Source: Schmidtea polychroa (lineage: Eukaryota). Taken from it: a stretch of DNA of 64,000 bases. This document shows, piece after piece, positions 11,746 to 23,100 of the stretch. The position numbers were made by a program, and so were the translations under genes. Where the stretch lies: assembly GCA_044892525.1 (NCBI GenBank), contig CM097885.1, positions 6,882,001 through 6,946,000 on the forward strand, in the 5' to 3' direction. Position 1 is the first letter of the stretch, and the number at the start of each line of letters is the position of its first letter. The notes below the pieces were generated by a model that saw only the letters and a list, made by a program, of their open reading frames with translations, was not told the DNA's origin and searched no databases.

Positions 11746-13129
11746 GCCTAAAGTAATAGTGAGATAGCATTTAAGCTACAAGTTGATAACATTTAAATTA
11801 CTAGTGAGATAGAATATTAAAGCTAGCTAGAAGCAAATTGAGTTTGAAATATGGAATTTGAATTTAGAAAGGATTAAACGAGCTCGTAAAAGATGATAGT
11901 AAAATTCTTTTAGTGAAGAAGGAGAAACGGAAAAGGAAAATGAATCAGGAGATAATAGAAACAATGAATAAGTATGAATAGATGATGAACCAAAGAGGAA
12001 ATAATTAATTAATTAAAGGGGATCCCAGATAGGTAGACAAAGTTCTACAGAATTTTTTTTGGGTTTAAACCGGTTAAACGAATTTTGTTTTTGGTTCCAG
12101 AGTAGAACCGAGTAAAAGGAAACAGAGACGAAAGAGTAAATAAAATAGCGGAACCGCGTAAAAGGATTAAGGAAAATATGGGGGGTAATAAGCAGTAACT
12201 GACAACGACCTATCGATATTATAAATGCTAACTATAGATAATTTATACGACTATATAGATAATTGTTACTACCCCAAATAGATAATTTAAAATCGACGAA
12301 AAATATGGGTTGATGGGTAATTATATTCCACGAAGAAGTGTATGAGGGGAAATGAAGAGAAGTATAACAGAGGCCCAAAAACGGTGTCTGTGCTTGAATA
12401 TGGTAAAAAGGAATGATTGATTCGTGTAAGCAAATGCAACACGATATCATTTTTTCATTGTAGATATCTATCCAACCAAGTCAATTCAGAACCAGCTCAA
12501 AAGGAATCTAGAGAATATACAAACAACCCAGGAAAAGCAATTCAGAACCCGCACAAAGGAAAAAACAAATCAATCCGAATACGGAGGACGACAACGACAT
12601 CTTTATCTACGACGGAATTATCGAAATACTTAGCATCGACGTACTAGCAGAAGTCAATCAAGGACTCAGATATCTCCTCCGGAAATCAGCCGAGAAATTA
12701 CGCAGAATATTCCTCGAAGAAAACACTATCAGAACCGAACTCGACCAATTCAGCAGCCGCTAACCGTAGAAAAACCCACGTGGAAAGACAGAAAAGAGTA
12801 AAAAGAAAATCACGGATAAACCCAACCTTAGATCTTCAAGTAAGCCAGGAGACGTATTATTTTCAGGAGACGAATTAGATCAACTCAAAAGAGGACGATC
12901 ATTTAGGCAGCAGAGAGGAATATCACAAGGAGCAAAAAGACCCCACAAAACACCGATATACGATCAAGAAAACCCCACAGCCGGACATACGCCCAGTCGA
13001 TCTAGAAGTAGAGAAAGCCTATCCGATATAACAAACAACCTAACCGGGTCAACAGAAGAATTATCCGTCTATAATTTAGCGACATCGCTGGAAAATTTAA
13101 AAGAAACAATAGAGTTACAAGAACCAGTC

Positions 13130-16078
13130 ATGATGAATGTGGTAAAAACCGACGAGTATAAAGAAAAATTTAGAGGCGAACCGTTTAACGGGAATGCGAA
13201 CAAGTTGGCAACGTTCATAACAAATTTTGAAGTCTATATCGATGTGTGCGGATGGACAGCGGAAGCAATTAGTAAACGAATGCCTCTGTTTTTGTGCGAT
13301 AGCGCACTCGAAGTGTATCTAGAAGCAAAAGAAAGAAATACGAAATTAGACAATTGGGAAAGCATCAAAACATTTTTGAGGAAAACCTTCGGAGCCAGCA
13401 AACCGATAAATCAAGCGTTAGGTGAACTGGCAAGTAGAAAACAAAGAGCAAATGAATCCATAACGTTATATGCGAGTGAATTGCGAAGATTGGCAAAAAA
13501 GGCCATGAACGGAAACTTGCCGGAGGAAAATCTAATTGGTTACTTCATAGAAGGACTGCGCCGAGAAGAGGTAAGGGCCTCGGTGGGATGTCAAATGTGT
13601 AAAACACTAGAAGAAGCCATAGATTGGGCCACAAGATGCGAACTACACCTCCCAGCACAAATGAATGTCATGCAAGAGGAGGGAAGAATCGCTACAGCAA
13701 CGGTGAAAACGGAAAACGGAGATAACAACAATCATGAACCCAAGATGAATCAGTTTATACCAGGAGCACATCAAATCTTCAAACCACCACAAGGACGATC
13801 AAATGGGAATAACAGTGAACGCAACAACTCGAACAATGGGAACAACTTTAATAATCGACGAAATATGAACGATAACAAACAATGCCGAATATGCGGTAAA
13901 CCAGGACATTGGGATAGAGATTGTTACCGAAACGCAAATTGCAATAGGTGTGGACGACGAGGACACACGGAAAATATATGCCAATTGAGAGGATGTTTTA
14001 ACTGCGGTCAACCAGGTCATATCTCAAGAGACTGTCGAGAAAGGAGCCAACAACAACGACCACCACAGCGAAATAATAACTATGCATCAAATCCGCAACG
14101 ACAAAGTAATCCTAGTGAGGGAAAGCAAATGAACGTGATGCAAGAAATTTCACAAATGAAACAGATGATGCAACAAATGATGAGACCGAGACAAGAACCA
14201 GTAGCACAACAAACCCAGAATATACGCATGATGAGGAGCACCGAGAATCTTAATAATTATGAAGTGCAACAACATGCACAAGAATGGCAAAGACTACAAG
14301 CTGAAGAAGAAAGGATAAAAAGAGAGCGAATTCAGCAACGACAAGAACAACCATTACGAATAAATATGATGAGAATGGTAAGGGAGATAAAAGAGCAATA
14401 TTGTTACAATTACGGTAAAAATCCAAGAGTTGTACCTATGAGCGAACCCGAGAAACCGAAAGAAACAATTACAGCAGCAAAAAAGGAAAATTCAACAACA
14501 CCGCTAAAAGGAAATCAGAGAATTCAGAAAATATTTTGGAAAAAGATAAAAGATAAAATCGAAAGAGAAAATGAGAAAACAAAAACAGAAGCAGAAGCGG
14601 AAAATAACAAAAATAAAAAACGGATTAATCATCTAAATCATGATATGATACAAGAATTAGACTCAGAGGAGCTAACGACATTCGAGAACAAAAAGTTAAA
14701 GAAAGTACCAAGAATGAGAAATTTGCGAATTAATATGATGAGGACAACAAAGAAGGTGTCGTCAACAGATGACGATGAGGATTACGTGAGTAGCCTTGGT
14801 GGAGAAATGTTACAGTTAAATGAAAATATCGACCAACTAAGAGAAAAGATCGGAGCAGATGAGGATGAAAGTGAAAGCGACGTGACAAGCGAAAGCGAAG
14901 ACGAGAATATCGAAATGAAATTGAGAAAAGAAAGAGAAGAAGCGATAAAACAAGTAAAGGAAATACTTCCAGTGGTGGTAAGAAACCAGGAATTCATTGA
15001 CATCATACCATACAGACGCTTCATACAAAAGATAATGAAACTAGAAAGAAACGAAAAAGATCTAATACCAAACGAGGAAAAAGCGATAATAAAGAAGTAT
15101 ATGGAAAAAATGAAACAAGCGGAGACAACACGCTATGTAATAAAAATCGGAACGAGTAAAGGACTCGAGAGAATATGGATAAAAAATGCAGTTACAGACG
15201 ATCTTTTCGATTGGATAAGAGAACATTTGGGCAGCTCGAGAAAGAAAGAATACCTGTATCAATATCAAGGAGAACAAATCAAACCAGACATGCACCTAAT
15301 AGATGCATTGATCTGGCCAGGAGAAACTCAAATATTGAAATTGCATAAAGAGAAGCAACCAGCAAATATTCACGAATGGGCTAAAGACGCCAAGGCCGAG
15401 TATGACTTTAACATCAAGCTGAAGCTGGAACAAATAAAACAATGCACCTTGCGACGAAATCTAGATAAATTAATCAAACAAATCCAAGAACAAGTTGAAG
15501 ATAACTGGGATTTGCTCATAACAAGACGAACTGCAGACATGCATGAACTAATGAGCCGACTGCGAGATACAGAACTGCTCCGAATGAGTGATTGGAGAAC
15601 CATAAATTTGATCCACAAATATGGAAGGTTGAAAGAAACGCAACCGCAGAAATTAGAAATAACCATATGGTTACCAAACGAGGAGAAACGACGAATAAAG
15701 ATGAGTAATCAGAGTACGGTGGATGACTTAGTAACCAAGATAAACCAAGAGGTAACGGAAAAAGTACGAAGCGAGAGTAGCGACGGGATGATAGATGATG
15801 TAGTCCTGATGTACGATAAAATAATATTACGGGCCGAAGACGACACCTCGCTAAGCGAAATGGGAATGTGGGATAATCATCAAATCATCAGAATATTACC
15901 CATGGACGAATTCCGAACAAGAGATGTAACATACCAGAAAGAGATACGGGACAGGATGAAAACGCTATACCAAAAATCAGTGGAGATAATTGAAATTCAT
16001 CAACAATGGCTAAAGGAAAAAGAGCTTCAAGGGAAAATAAAGAAACTGAGTACTAGATCCTGCAGACGAACCCCATGA
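13130..16078 (+). CDS. gag: Gag (capsid plus three CCHC knuckles) with long C-terminal extension carrying ubiquitin-like domains
   Basis: Retrotransposon-gag-like F.G...L..F...FE / Q...ES...YA.EL..LA / F..GL blocks, plus CRICGKPGHWDRDC, CNRCGRRGHTENIC and CFNCGQPGHISRDC. The frame is open without ATG from 12770. Confidence 0.9.
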   Translation: MMNVVKTDEYKEKFRGEPFNGNANKLATFITNFEVYIDVCGWTAEAISKRMPLFLCDSALEVYLEAKERNTKLDNWESIKTFLRKTFGASKPINQALGELASRKQRANESITLYASELRRLAKKAMNGNLPEENLIGYFIEGLRREEVRASVGCQMCKTLEEAIDWATRCELHLPAQMNVMQEEGRIATATVKTENGDNNNHEPKMNQFIPGAHQIFKPPQGRSNGNNSERNNSNNGNNFNNRRNMNDNKQCRICGKPGHWDRDCYRNANCNRCGRRGHTENICQLRGCFNCGQPGHISRDCRERSQQQRPPQRNNNYASNPQRQSNPSEGKQMNVMQEISQMKQMMQQMMRPRQEPVAQQTQNIRMMRSTENLNNYEVQQHAQEWQRLQAEEERIKRERIQQRQEQPLRINMMRMVREIKEQYCYNYGKNPRVVPMSEPEKPKETITAAKKENSTTPLKGNQRIQKIFWKKIKDKIERENEKTKTEAEAENNKNKKRINHLNHDMIQELDSEELTTFENKKLKKVPRMRNLRINMMRTTKKVSSTDDDEDYVSSLGGEMLQLNENIDQLREKIGADEDESESDVTSESEDENIEMKLRKEREEAIKQVKEILPVVVRNQEFIDIIPYRRFIQKIMKLERNEKDLIPNEEKAIIKKYMEKMKQAETTRYVIKIGTSKGLERIWIKNAVTDDLFDWIREHLGSSRKKEYLYQYQGEQIKPDMHLIDALIWPGETQILKLHKEKQPANIHEWAKDAKAEYDFNIKLKLEQIKQCTLRRNLDKLIKQIQEQVEDNWDLLITRRTADMHELMSRLRDTELLRMSDWRTINLIHKYGRLKETQPQKLEITIWLPNEEKRRIKMSNQSTVDDLVTKINQEVTEKVRSESSDGMIDDVVLMYDKIILRAEDDTSLSEMGMWDNHQIIRILPMDEFRTRDVTYQKEIRDRMKTLYQKSVEIIEIHQQWLKEKELQGKIKKLSTRSCRRTP

Positions 16079-16084
16079 GAAAGG

Positions 16085-17158
16085 ATGTGGAATGCGGAAA
16101 ACAAAGAATGGGAAATCAGGAAAGGGATTTTCGTAGAAACAGACATTGGTGAGACAGAAAGTGAATCAGAAGAAGAGGAAGATGAACCTCCAAAATACGA
16201 AGAGGACGAAATAGAATCGATATCGGACGACGAAAGCGAAACGGATGTTACGTCAGAAAGTGAAATGGAAACTAGACATATTCATGCGATGAGAAAGAAA
16301 GAACGCGAATATGCCGATATGGACAGCGAAGAAGCGATGGAAGCTCGAGAACGAGAAGAGAAGGAAAGATATAAACAATTAGGTGATATCTTAGCAACGG
16401 GAGCAAAAAATCAAAAACGTCAAGTAATAGCATTGGCTAACATCATCCTAAAGACATCAGAGAATATCCACAATCTAAGAGAAATGGCGAAAGCGATTGA
16501 GGAATACCGACAATATAACGAATGGTACCCAGAACAGCTAGAACAAATTATTAGGAAATGGAGAAACCAAGAATGGGCACAAGATACCCAGGAAAGGTAT
16601 CGTATCCGAGTCAAGTATCCCGACAAAAGCATTGAGGATACAGAAGTACATCCAACCACAAAGATCAGAGAGTTAAAAAAGAAATTAGCATACGAAACTC
16701 CATTTCACCTACAACTATTCGGAAAATCGTTGGATGATAATGCAGATGTCGGAATAACACCCATGAGATTGGGGGAGATCAATGTATTGACAATGGCAGA
16801 AACATTGGGAAAACCGATTAAAAAGAAGAGCAAATCCAGTAAACCTACGAAAGGTAGCTTGAGTACACCAAGCCCTAACAAAGTGGCGAGTAAATCGAAT
16901 GAAACCGAGGAAATCGAGGAAATTATATTGGAAGACAGCGATGAAGGAGCTGGAGAAAGATCACCAATTCTGGTAAGATGGCCGACAGGGGCTGAAATAT
17001 GGACAACAAGCCAACCATCAACTAGCTATCAACAACCAAATAAGCTGAACATAGAGGAAATTGCCGATAATACGACAGAAACCGAAATTGACGAACAATT
17101 TCAACGACAAAAAAAGGACCAACGAAAGCAATATCAGAAGGTCAAACGGACAAAATAA
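16085..17158 (+). CDS. In-frame continuation of gag beyond a single TGA; acidic region plus a ubiquitin-like domain
   Basis: Same frame as gag, separated only by TGA GAA AGG. RIRVKYPDKSIEDTEVHPTTKIRELKKKL...LQLFGKSLDDN is ubiquitin-like. Confidence 0.7.
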   Translation: MWNAENKEWEIRKGIFVETDIGETESESEEEEDEPPKYEEDEIESISDDESETDVTSESEMETRHIHAMRKKEREYADMDSEEAMEAREREEKERYKQLGDILATGAKNQKRQVIALANIILKTSENIHNLREMAKAIEEYRQYNEWYPEQLEQIIRKWRNQEWAQDTQERYRIRVKYPDKSIEDTEVHPTTKIRELKKKLAYETPFHLQLFGKSLDDNADVGITPMRLGEINVLTMAETLGKPIKKKSKSSKPTKGSLSTPSPNKVASKSNETEEIEEIILEDSDEGAGERSPILVRWPTGAEIWTTSQPSTSYQQPNKLNIEEIADNTTETEIDEQFQRQKKDQRKQYQKVKRTK

Positions 17159-17178
17159 TAGACGAATGGAATGAGTGG

Positions 17179-20100
17179 TTGAGAAACAACGATAGCTCAT
17201 TGCCAAGAACAGATAATGAGAGAAACCCGAGTTACGAAACAACCAGAGAAACTGGAACAATGATGGAGAAACGGGCAAAAGGAAGACCTAGGAAGCAAGG
17301 AGAAAAACCAGAATTCAAAACCAGAGAACAACTGAAACAAGAACAAGGACAAGTCAGATTAGAGAAACTGGATAAAATAGTGTGGGATCTAAAAGAGGCC
17401 CAGCCAACAATCGAAAGAGGCGAAAAATGGATACGAGAGCTAGTAAAAGATATGCTAATAATAACGAACCCACAATTGCGACGATTATGGCAACGAAAAG
17501 TAGCAAGCGTAGATGCCAGACAGCTATGGAATACAATATCCGGAATAATTCCGAAATTAATCAAAGAGAAGACAAAAACCACTAAAACCGATTGGGAAGA
17601 GACAAGAAGAGTAATTGAACAATTAACTTTAAACGCAAACGACGACGAACATCATTTAGTAGTATTAACGTATCTAATGTACAATTTGATGGGATTAGCA
17701 GCAAGGAAAATACCTAACAAACAATTCGCAAATCATGTAGAAATGACCGTTACAATCATTGAAAATACAATCGAACCACATATTATCCGCGCCGGTGGGT
17801 GGAAAAGACTCATACAAGCGCCACGAAAAAACGAGCAAGAGAGATCAATGCAAATTCGGTTGAAGAAATTGCTAAACGAGCTGGAATGGGAATTGCCATT
17901 GAAAGACCCAGCCAGCAGAAAAGCGTCGATTAATTCACTAATGATGACCATGATGATATGGATGCTCTGCACCAGTGGAGCCGCGGGATTTACCATTTAC
18001 GACTGTGACAATTCGATAATAGGAGAAAGATACTCCCTGAGAGATATAGAGGAATGTAGACAGGCATTTCCGAATAAATTAGATATAGTAAAAAAGAAAG
18101 TCTCCTATCACGTATACCAAGAATCAGATTTCATTAGAACGCAAGCTAGAGAATGCGTAGTATCGAAGAAAGTGTTGGCATACTACTGTGGACAATACTC
18201 ATATTCAACCCTTATATTACCTGGATTAGATAAAGAAATGGTACCTATACAACGGGAAGACTGTAAAGAGCTTTTTAGAACCGGAGCGATGAGAATCAGG
18301 GATGGAGTAACAATACACGGACAAAGCGGAATGATCAAGACGGAAAGTATCTATGTAGCCGGACGAGTAAAATCAACTGATGGATCATGTAACGGAGGCA
18401 CATATACGATCAGAGGAGAAGTGATCTCGGGAGTAGTAGTAATTGAGTCCTACACAGTGGAGTTGAAGGAATACGAAGCACAATTCGACGCAAACAACTA
18501 TCAAATGAAAACCAACCCAGCATGCAGAGCTACGGAAAACGTGTGTAGAACGGGAATTTCGACTATAATATATGAAGCTAACACCCAAAAATGCCGACTC
18601 CAATTGCTAAAAAGTGCTCTATTCAATGAAGTAAAAGGAGAAATTTACGAAAACGAGGATGACGATGAAGAGAATGGAAACGTAAGGATGCGAAATGGGA
18701 AACCAGTTCCACCATCCCCCAAAGAAAAGAGACTCACAACACAAAAATCACCAACGGCATTAATTACAGATGATCCAGATATCGGTATGAGATTCATCAG
18801 AGAAAAAGAGACCACCAAATGTGACAGCATAGTATATCGGACGAACTACGCAGGTATCTACATGTCAAGGCAAGTAATAGACCGAGCAGTGGGAAAGGTA
18901 GCAACAGAGGACGTAAAATTGTACCTGTACGCCAATAACAAAATGGACTTTTTATTTCATCGAGGACAAACGACAATGCAAAAAGTGTATTACGATCTTA
19001 TACAAAATGACTGTTCATTGAATAAAGAGATACTAAAAACAAAATTAGCCATCGCAATAACACACCCAGATAACACAATGCCATCACTCCCGTTACCGGA
19101 TGGACATTTTGGTAGAATGGTGGGAGAGGTAATGTATACATATGCATGTACCAAGACATTTGCGCGACTGCCAAGAAAGCCCACAATTCCACCAGGGAAA
19201 TGTGCAAATGAATTAGAAATTAGCTACAAAGGGCGAAACAGATTCGTTCAACCCGTCACTAGAATTATGAACCCAATTGGATTTTATCCGAACACCTTTA
19301 ACTGTTCAAATGCATACGGACCGTTATATGAAAAACCCGATGGGAAATGGATAATGTTACCGGTAAAAACCGAAGTACAAGAACCTAAAAAGTTTGGATT
19401 AATAGAACTCGCAACGGAGCAAGATTTCAAACCAATTGATGTGTCAAAAGCAGGTATGTACTCACCAGAGGATTTAGAAACAGCACGACTAAACGTACTA
19501 TTCCCAGCAAGGCGAGAATCCATTCTATCGAATATGGTTACCATAACTGGGGGAACGAATTTCCAGTCAGGCCCCAATTACGAACTATTATTGTCACCCG
19601 ATCATTTTCAACAAGCCACGTCAAACATGATGAAAGCAATGTGGGGAAGATTTCTAGTGTTCGGTCAAATGATGGCAGGAATATTGGGAATCATCTTAAT
19701 TATTCAGATCGTCAGGGTAATATTGACCCAAATGTTGGCATGCTTCGATATATACAAGCGAGAAAAGAAAGTGAATTGGAAATTGATAGTAGGTTTTCTA
19801 CCATTCTTGGCAAAAACAATGGTGTTGCACGGTCATTCTAAAGACATACATAGAATAAAACGATTGATCAAAATACTGACGAAAATAAAAGGAACTGACG
19901 AGGAAGTCGGTAGACGATTTCGGAAAACCATGTATGATGAAGCAACGAGAGCACAACTAAAAAAGAACAAACCAAAATTCCTAGACAGATTTAGAAATCG
20001 ATCAAACAGCAGCGATAGTGATGATGACGACAACGGGAATGACAAATACCCATATCCAAGTAGAAACCCGAATGAAAAGCCAATGGAAACAGCGCCATAT

Positions 20101-23100
20101 TGGGAGAAAGAAAAAACAAATACCTGGATAGCCAACGGAAGTTATATACCACCAGATATCGTTGGACAACAAACAGCTTTGACCATGACACAAAATATGT
20201 ATCCACAGTTACCAAGTCAACCAGGGATGAACTATATGCCGACCCGAAGAACGAAAAGCGTAGACCAAGCTGATGACGTCAGAACAATAGCAGTAATGAG
20301 TTCACCAGGAGGAGCAGCAGTAACGGTCATGATCCAAATCAACGGGAAAGAGACGAGCGCAATGATAGATACCGGAGCAAATGTATCAGCAATAGCAATA
20401 AACCAAATACCCAGTAAATGTTGGAAAGACATCGAACAAACAACTATCCATATTATTGCATGCAGTAAAGAAACCGTAGACGTAGTAGGAAGATGGTGGA
20501 CTACGTTACGATATCAAGATAATGAAATTGAAACGTATCTAGCGGTGATACCCAAACTGAGTGAACCATGTATAATCGGAACGGATTTAATGCCGGAATT
20601 GTTCAAAGAAGTAGTAATAGATCTAACAACAATGTGCCTAAAAGATAAAATGGGTAGAATATGCAAAATGAACGCAATAATCAGATGTCCGGAGAAAATA
20701 ATTGTACCAGCAAAATCCCAGATGATATGTCAAATAAAAGTGGATGCAGGAATGGAAGGAGAAGCCATTTTTGAGCCAAGTAAATCATTCGAAAAACGAC
20801 GAGAATTACCATTAGCAAGAGAAATAATAACAATAAAGGAAGACAGGGAAATACCAATCAACATCACAAATTTCGAGGAAGAAGATAAAATCATATATGA
20901 AAATGAAAGATTGGGTAGATTGACACCCATGATAGACATCGAATTACCAAAAATCACCAATGAAACAACGAAAGCTGACGAATTATGGACAATCGATAGC
21001 ACATTGCTAACGGAAAAGGAAAAGGAAAGACTTCAACAATTATTGATAGAATATAAAGATATATTCGCAATTTCGGATTTAGATTTGGGAGCATGCGATG
21101 TTACATTACACGCAATACCATTAATAGACGAAACTCCAATCGCACTACGTCCATACAAACTAGCAGAGAAGCAAAAAGAGATAGCCGAAGCAGAAGTACA
21201 AAAAATGCTAGATGCACAAGTGATCGAACCAAGTTGTTCGCCATGGCAATTTCCAGTAGTCATGGTGAAGAAAAAGGACGGTACTCAGAGATTCTGTATC
21301 GATTATCGGAAACTAAATGCAGTAACAAAAAGAGACACATACCCGTTACCAGACATCAATGAGATGTTACTTATGTTACAGGGGGCCGCATATTTTACAT
21401 CTTTAGATCTGAAAAGCGGATATTGGCAGATCAAAGTCAAGGAGGAAGACAAAGAGAAAACAGCATTCACATTGGGCCGAGATCTATACCAATTCAGGAA
21501 AATGCCGTTCGGACTGACCAATGCCCCAGCATCATTCCAGAGATGTATGAATTTTGTCACACACGGGATCAAGCAGTGTATGGTATATATTGATGATTTA
21601 TTAATATATTCAGCAACATTCGAACAACATTTGGAAGACATTAGAAACGTGTTCATCCGATTACGACAATGGAAATTGAAACTCAAACCATCCAAATGTG
21701 ATTGGGCAAAAGAAAAGGTTACGTTCTTAGGACAAATAGTGTCAGCAAAAGGCAAAGAACCAGATCCAAGAAACATAGAAAAAATAAAAACATGTCCAGC
21801 ACCAAAAACTGTCACCCAAGTTCAAGAATTTCTCGGATTATGCGGATATTATCGAAAATTCATCAAAAACTATGCAGGTATTGCGAAACCAATACAGGAA
21901 TTAGTGAAAAAGGATATTTCATTTATTTGGGGTGCAGAACAACAAAAAGCATTTGAGACATTGCGAGATAAATTAATTGAAGCCCCAATACTAGTACATC
22001 CTGATTTCAAGAAACCGTTCTTATTAGCAACAGATGCAAGTGGATATGCAGCCGGAGCAATATTAGGACAACTGGATGAAGAAGGAAAAGAAAGAGTGAT
22101 TGGATACTACAGCAGAACGTTTAAAAAGCATGAGAAAAACTATTCCGTAACCGAGAGAGAAGCGTTAGCAATTATACAAGCGATTAAACATTTTCGATAT
22201 TTGTTGTGGGGACACGAAATATGTATCACAACAGATCATCAACCACTAGTATGGCTTGGTCAACACAAAGAAGCTTCAAGTAGATTGATGCGATGGGCAA
22301 TGCAGTTACAAGAATATTCACCGTTCATAAAATTCAAAGCGGGAAGAGCGAATGCCAATGCAGATTGTATGTCCAGATTTATCTTTCCAGATTTAGTAGA
22401 TCACGAAATGCAACGAATATGTCTGATGGTAGCAGAAGATTTAGATTTTTGCCAATTACGGAAAGACCAACAAGAGGATACAGAGTTGAAGCAAATCATT
22501 GAGTATGTGAAAACAGGGAAAGCAGAGGTATATGAGAAAGATCAAAAATTGAAGGAGCATATGGATAAACATCGACATCGATATATAATAGAGAAAGATT
22601 GGTTATTGATAATGGATGGCGAGAAAAGACTGATGTGCATTCCCGAGAATAGACGTAAAGATCTGCTAACACAATACCATGACGGAAGACTCGGAGGACA
22701 TATGTCATCTAAAAAGACGTTGGCACGAATGAAACAAAAATACTTCTGGCCTACATTGACCGAGGATGTAACGGAATGGGTAAAGAACTGTATAACTTGC
22801 GCGACCAGAAAAAACACGGGAACGAAATGGAAGGCACCATTAAAGCCAATGCCAGTACCAGCGGAACCAATGACAATGATATCAATGGACGTAGTCGGTC
22901 CACTACCAGAATCAGATAGAGGAAATATATATATATTGGTAATCACAGATTATTTGACAAAATTCCCCGAAGCATTCGCAATGGCAGATCAGAAAGCAAG
23001 AACAATCGCGAAAATACTAGTAGAGGAGATATGCTGTCGATATGGAACACCAAAACAGATATTAACTGATCAAGGAACAAATTTCATGAGCGAAATAATG

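Noticed and set aside
12417-12878. Protein-like short frames upstream of gag (for example FIYDGIIEILSIDVLAEVNQGLRYLL)
   Set aside because: Bounded by stops, and I could not build a convincing splice or frameshift path into gag.
16076-16078. Selenocysteine reading of the in-frame TGA
   Set aside because: No redox motif context and no SECIS that I could identify.
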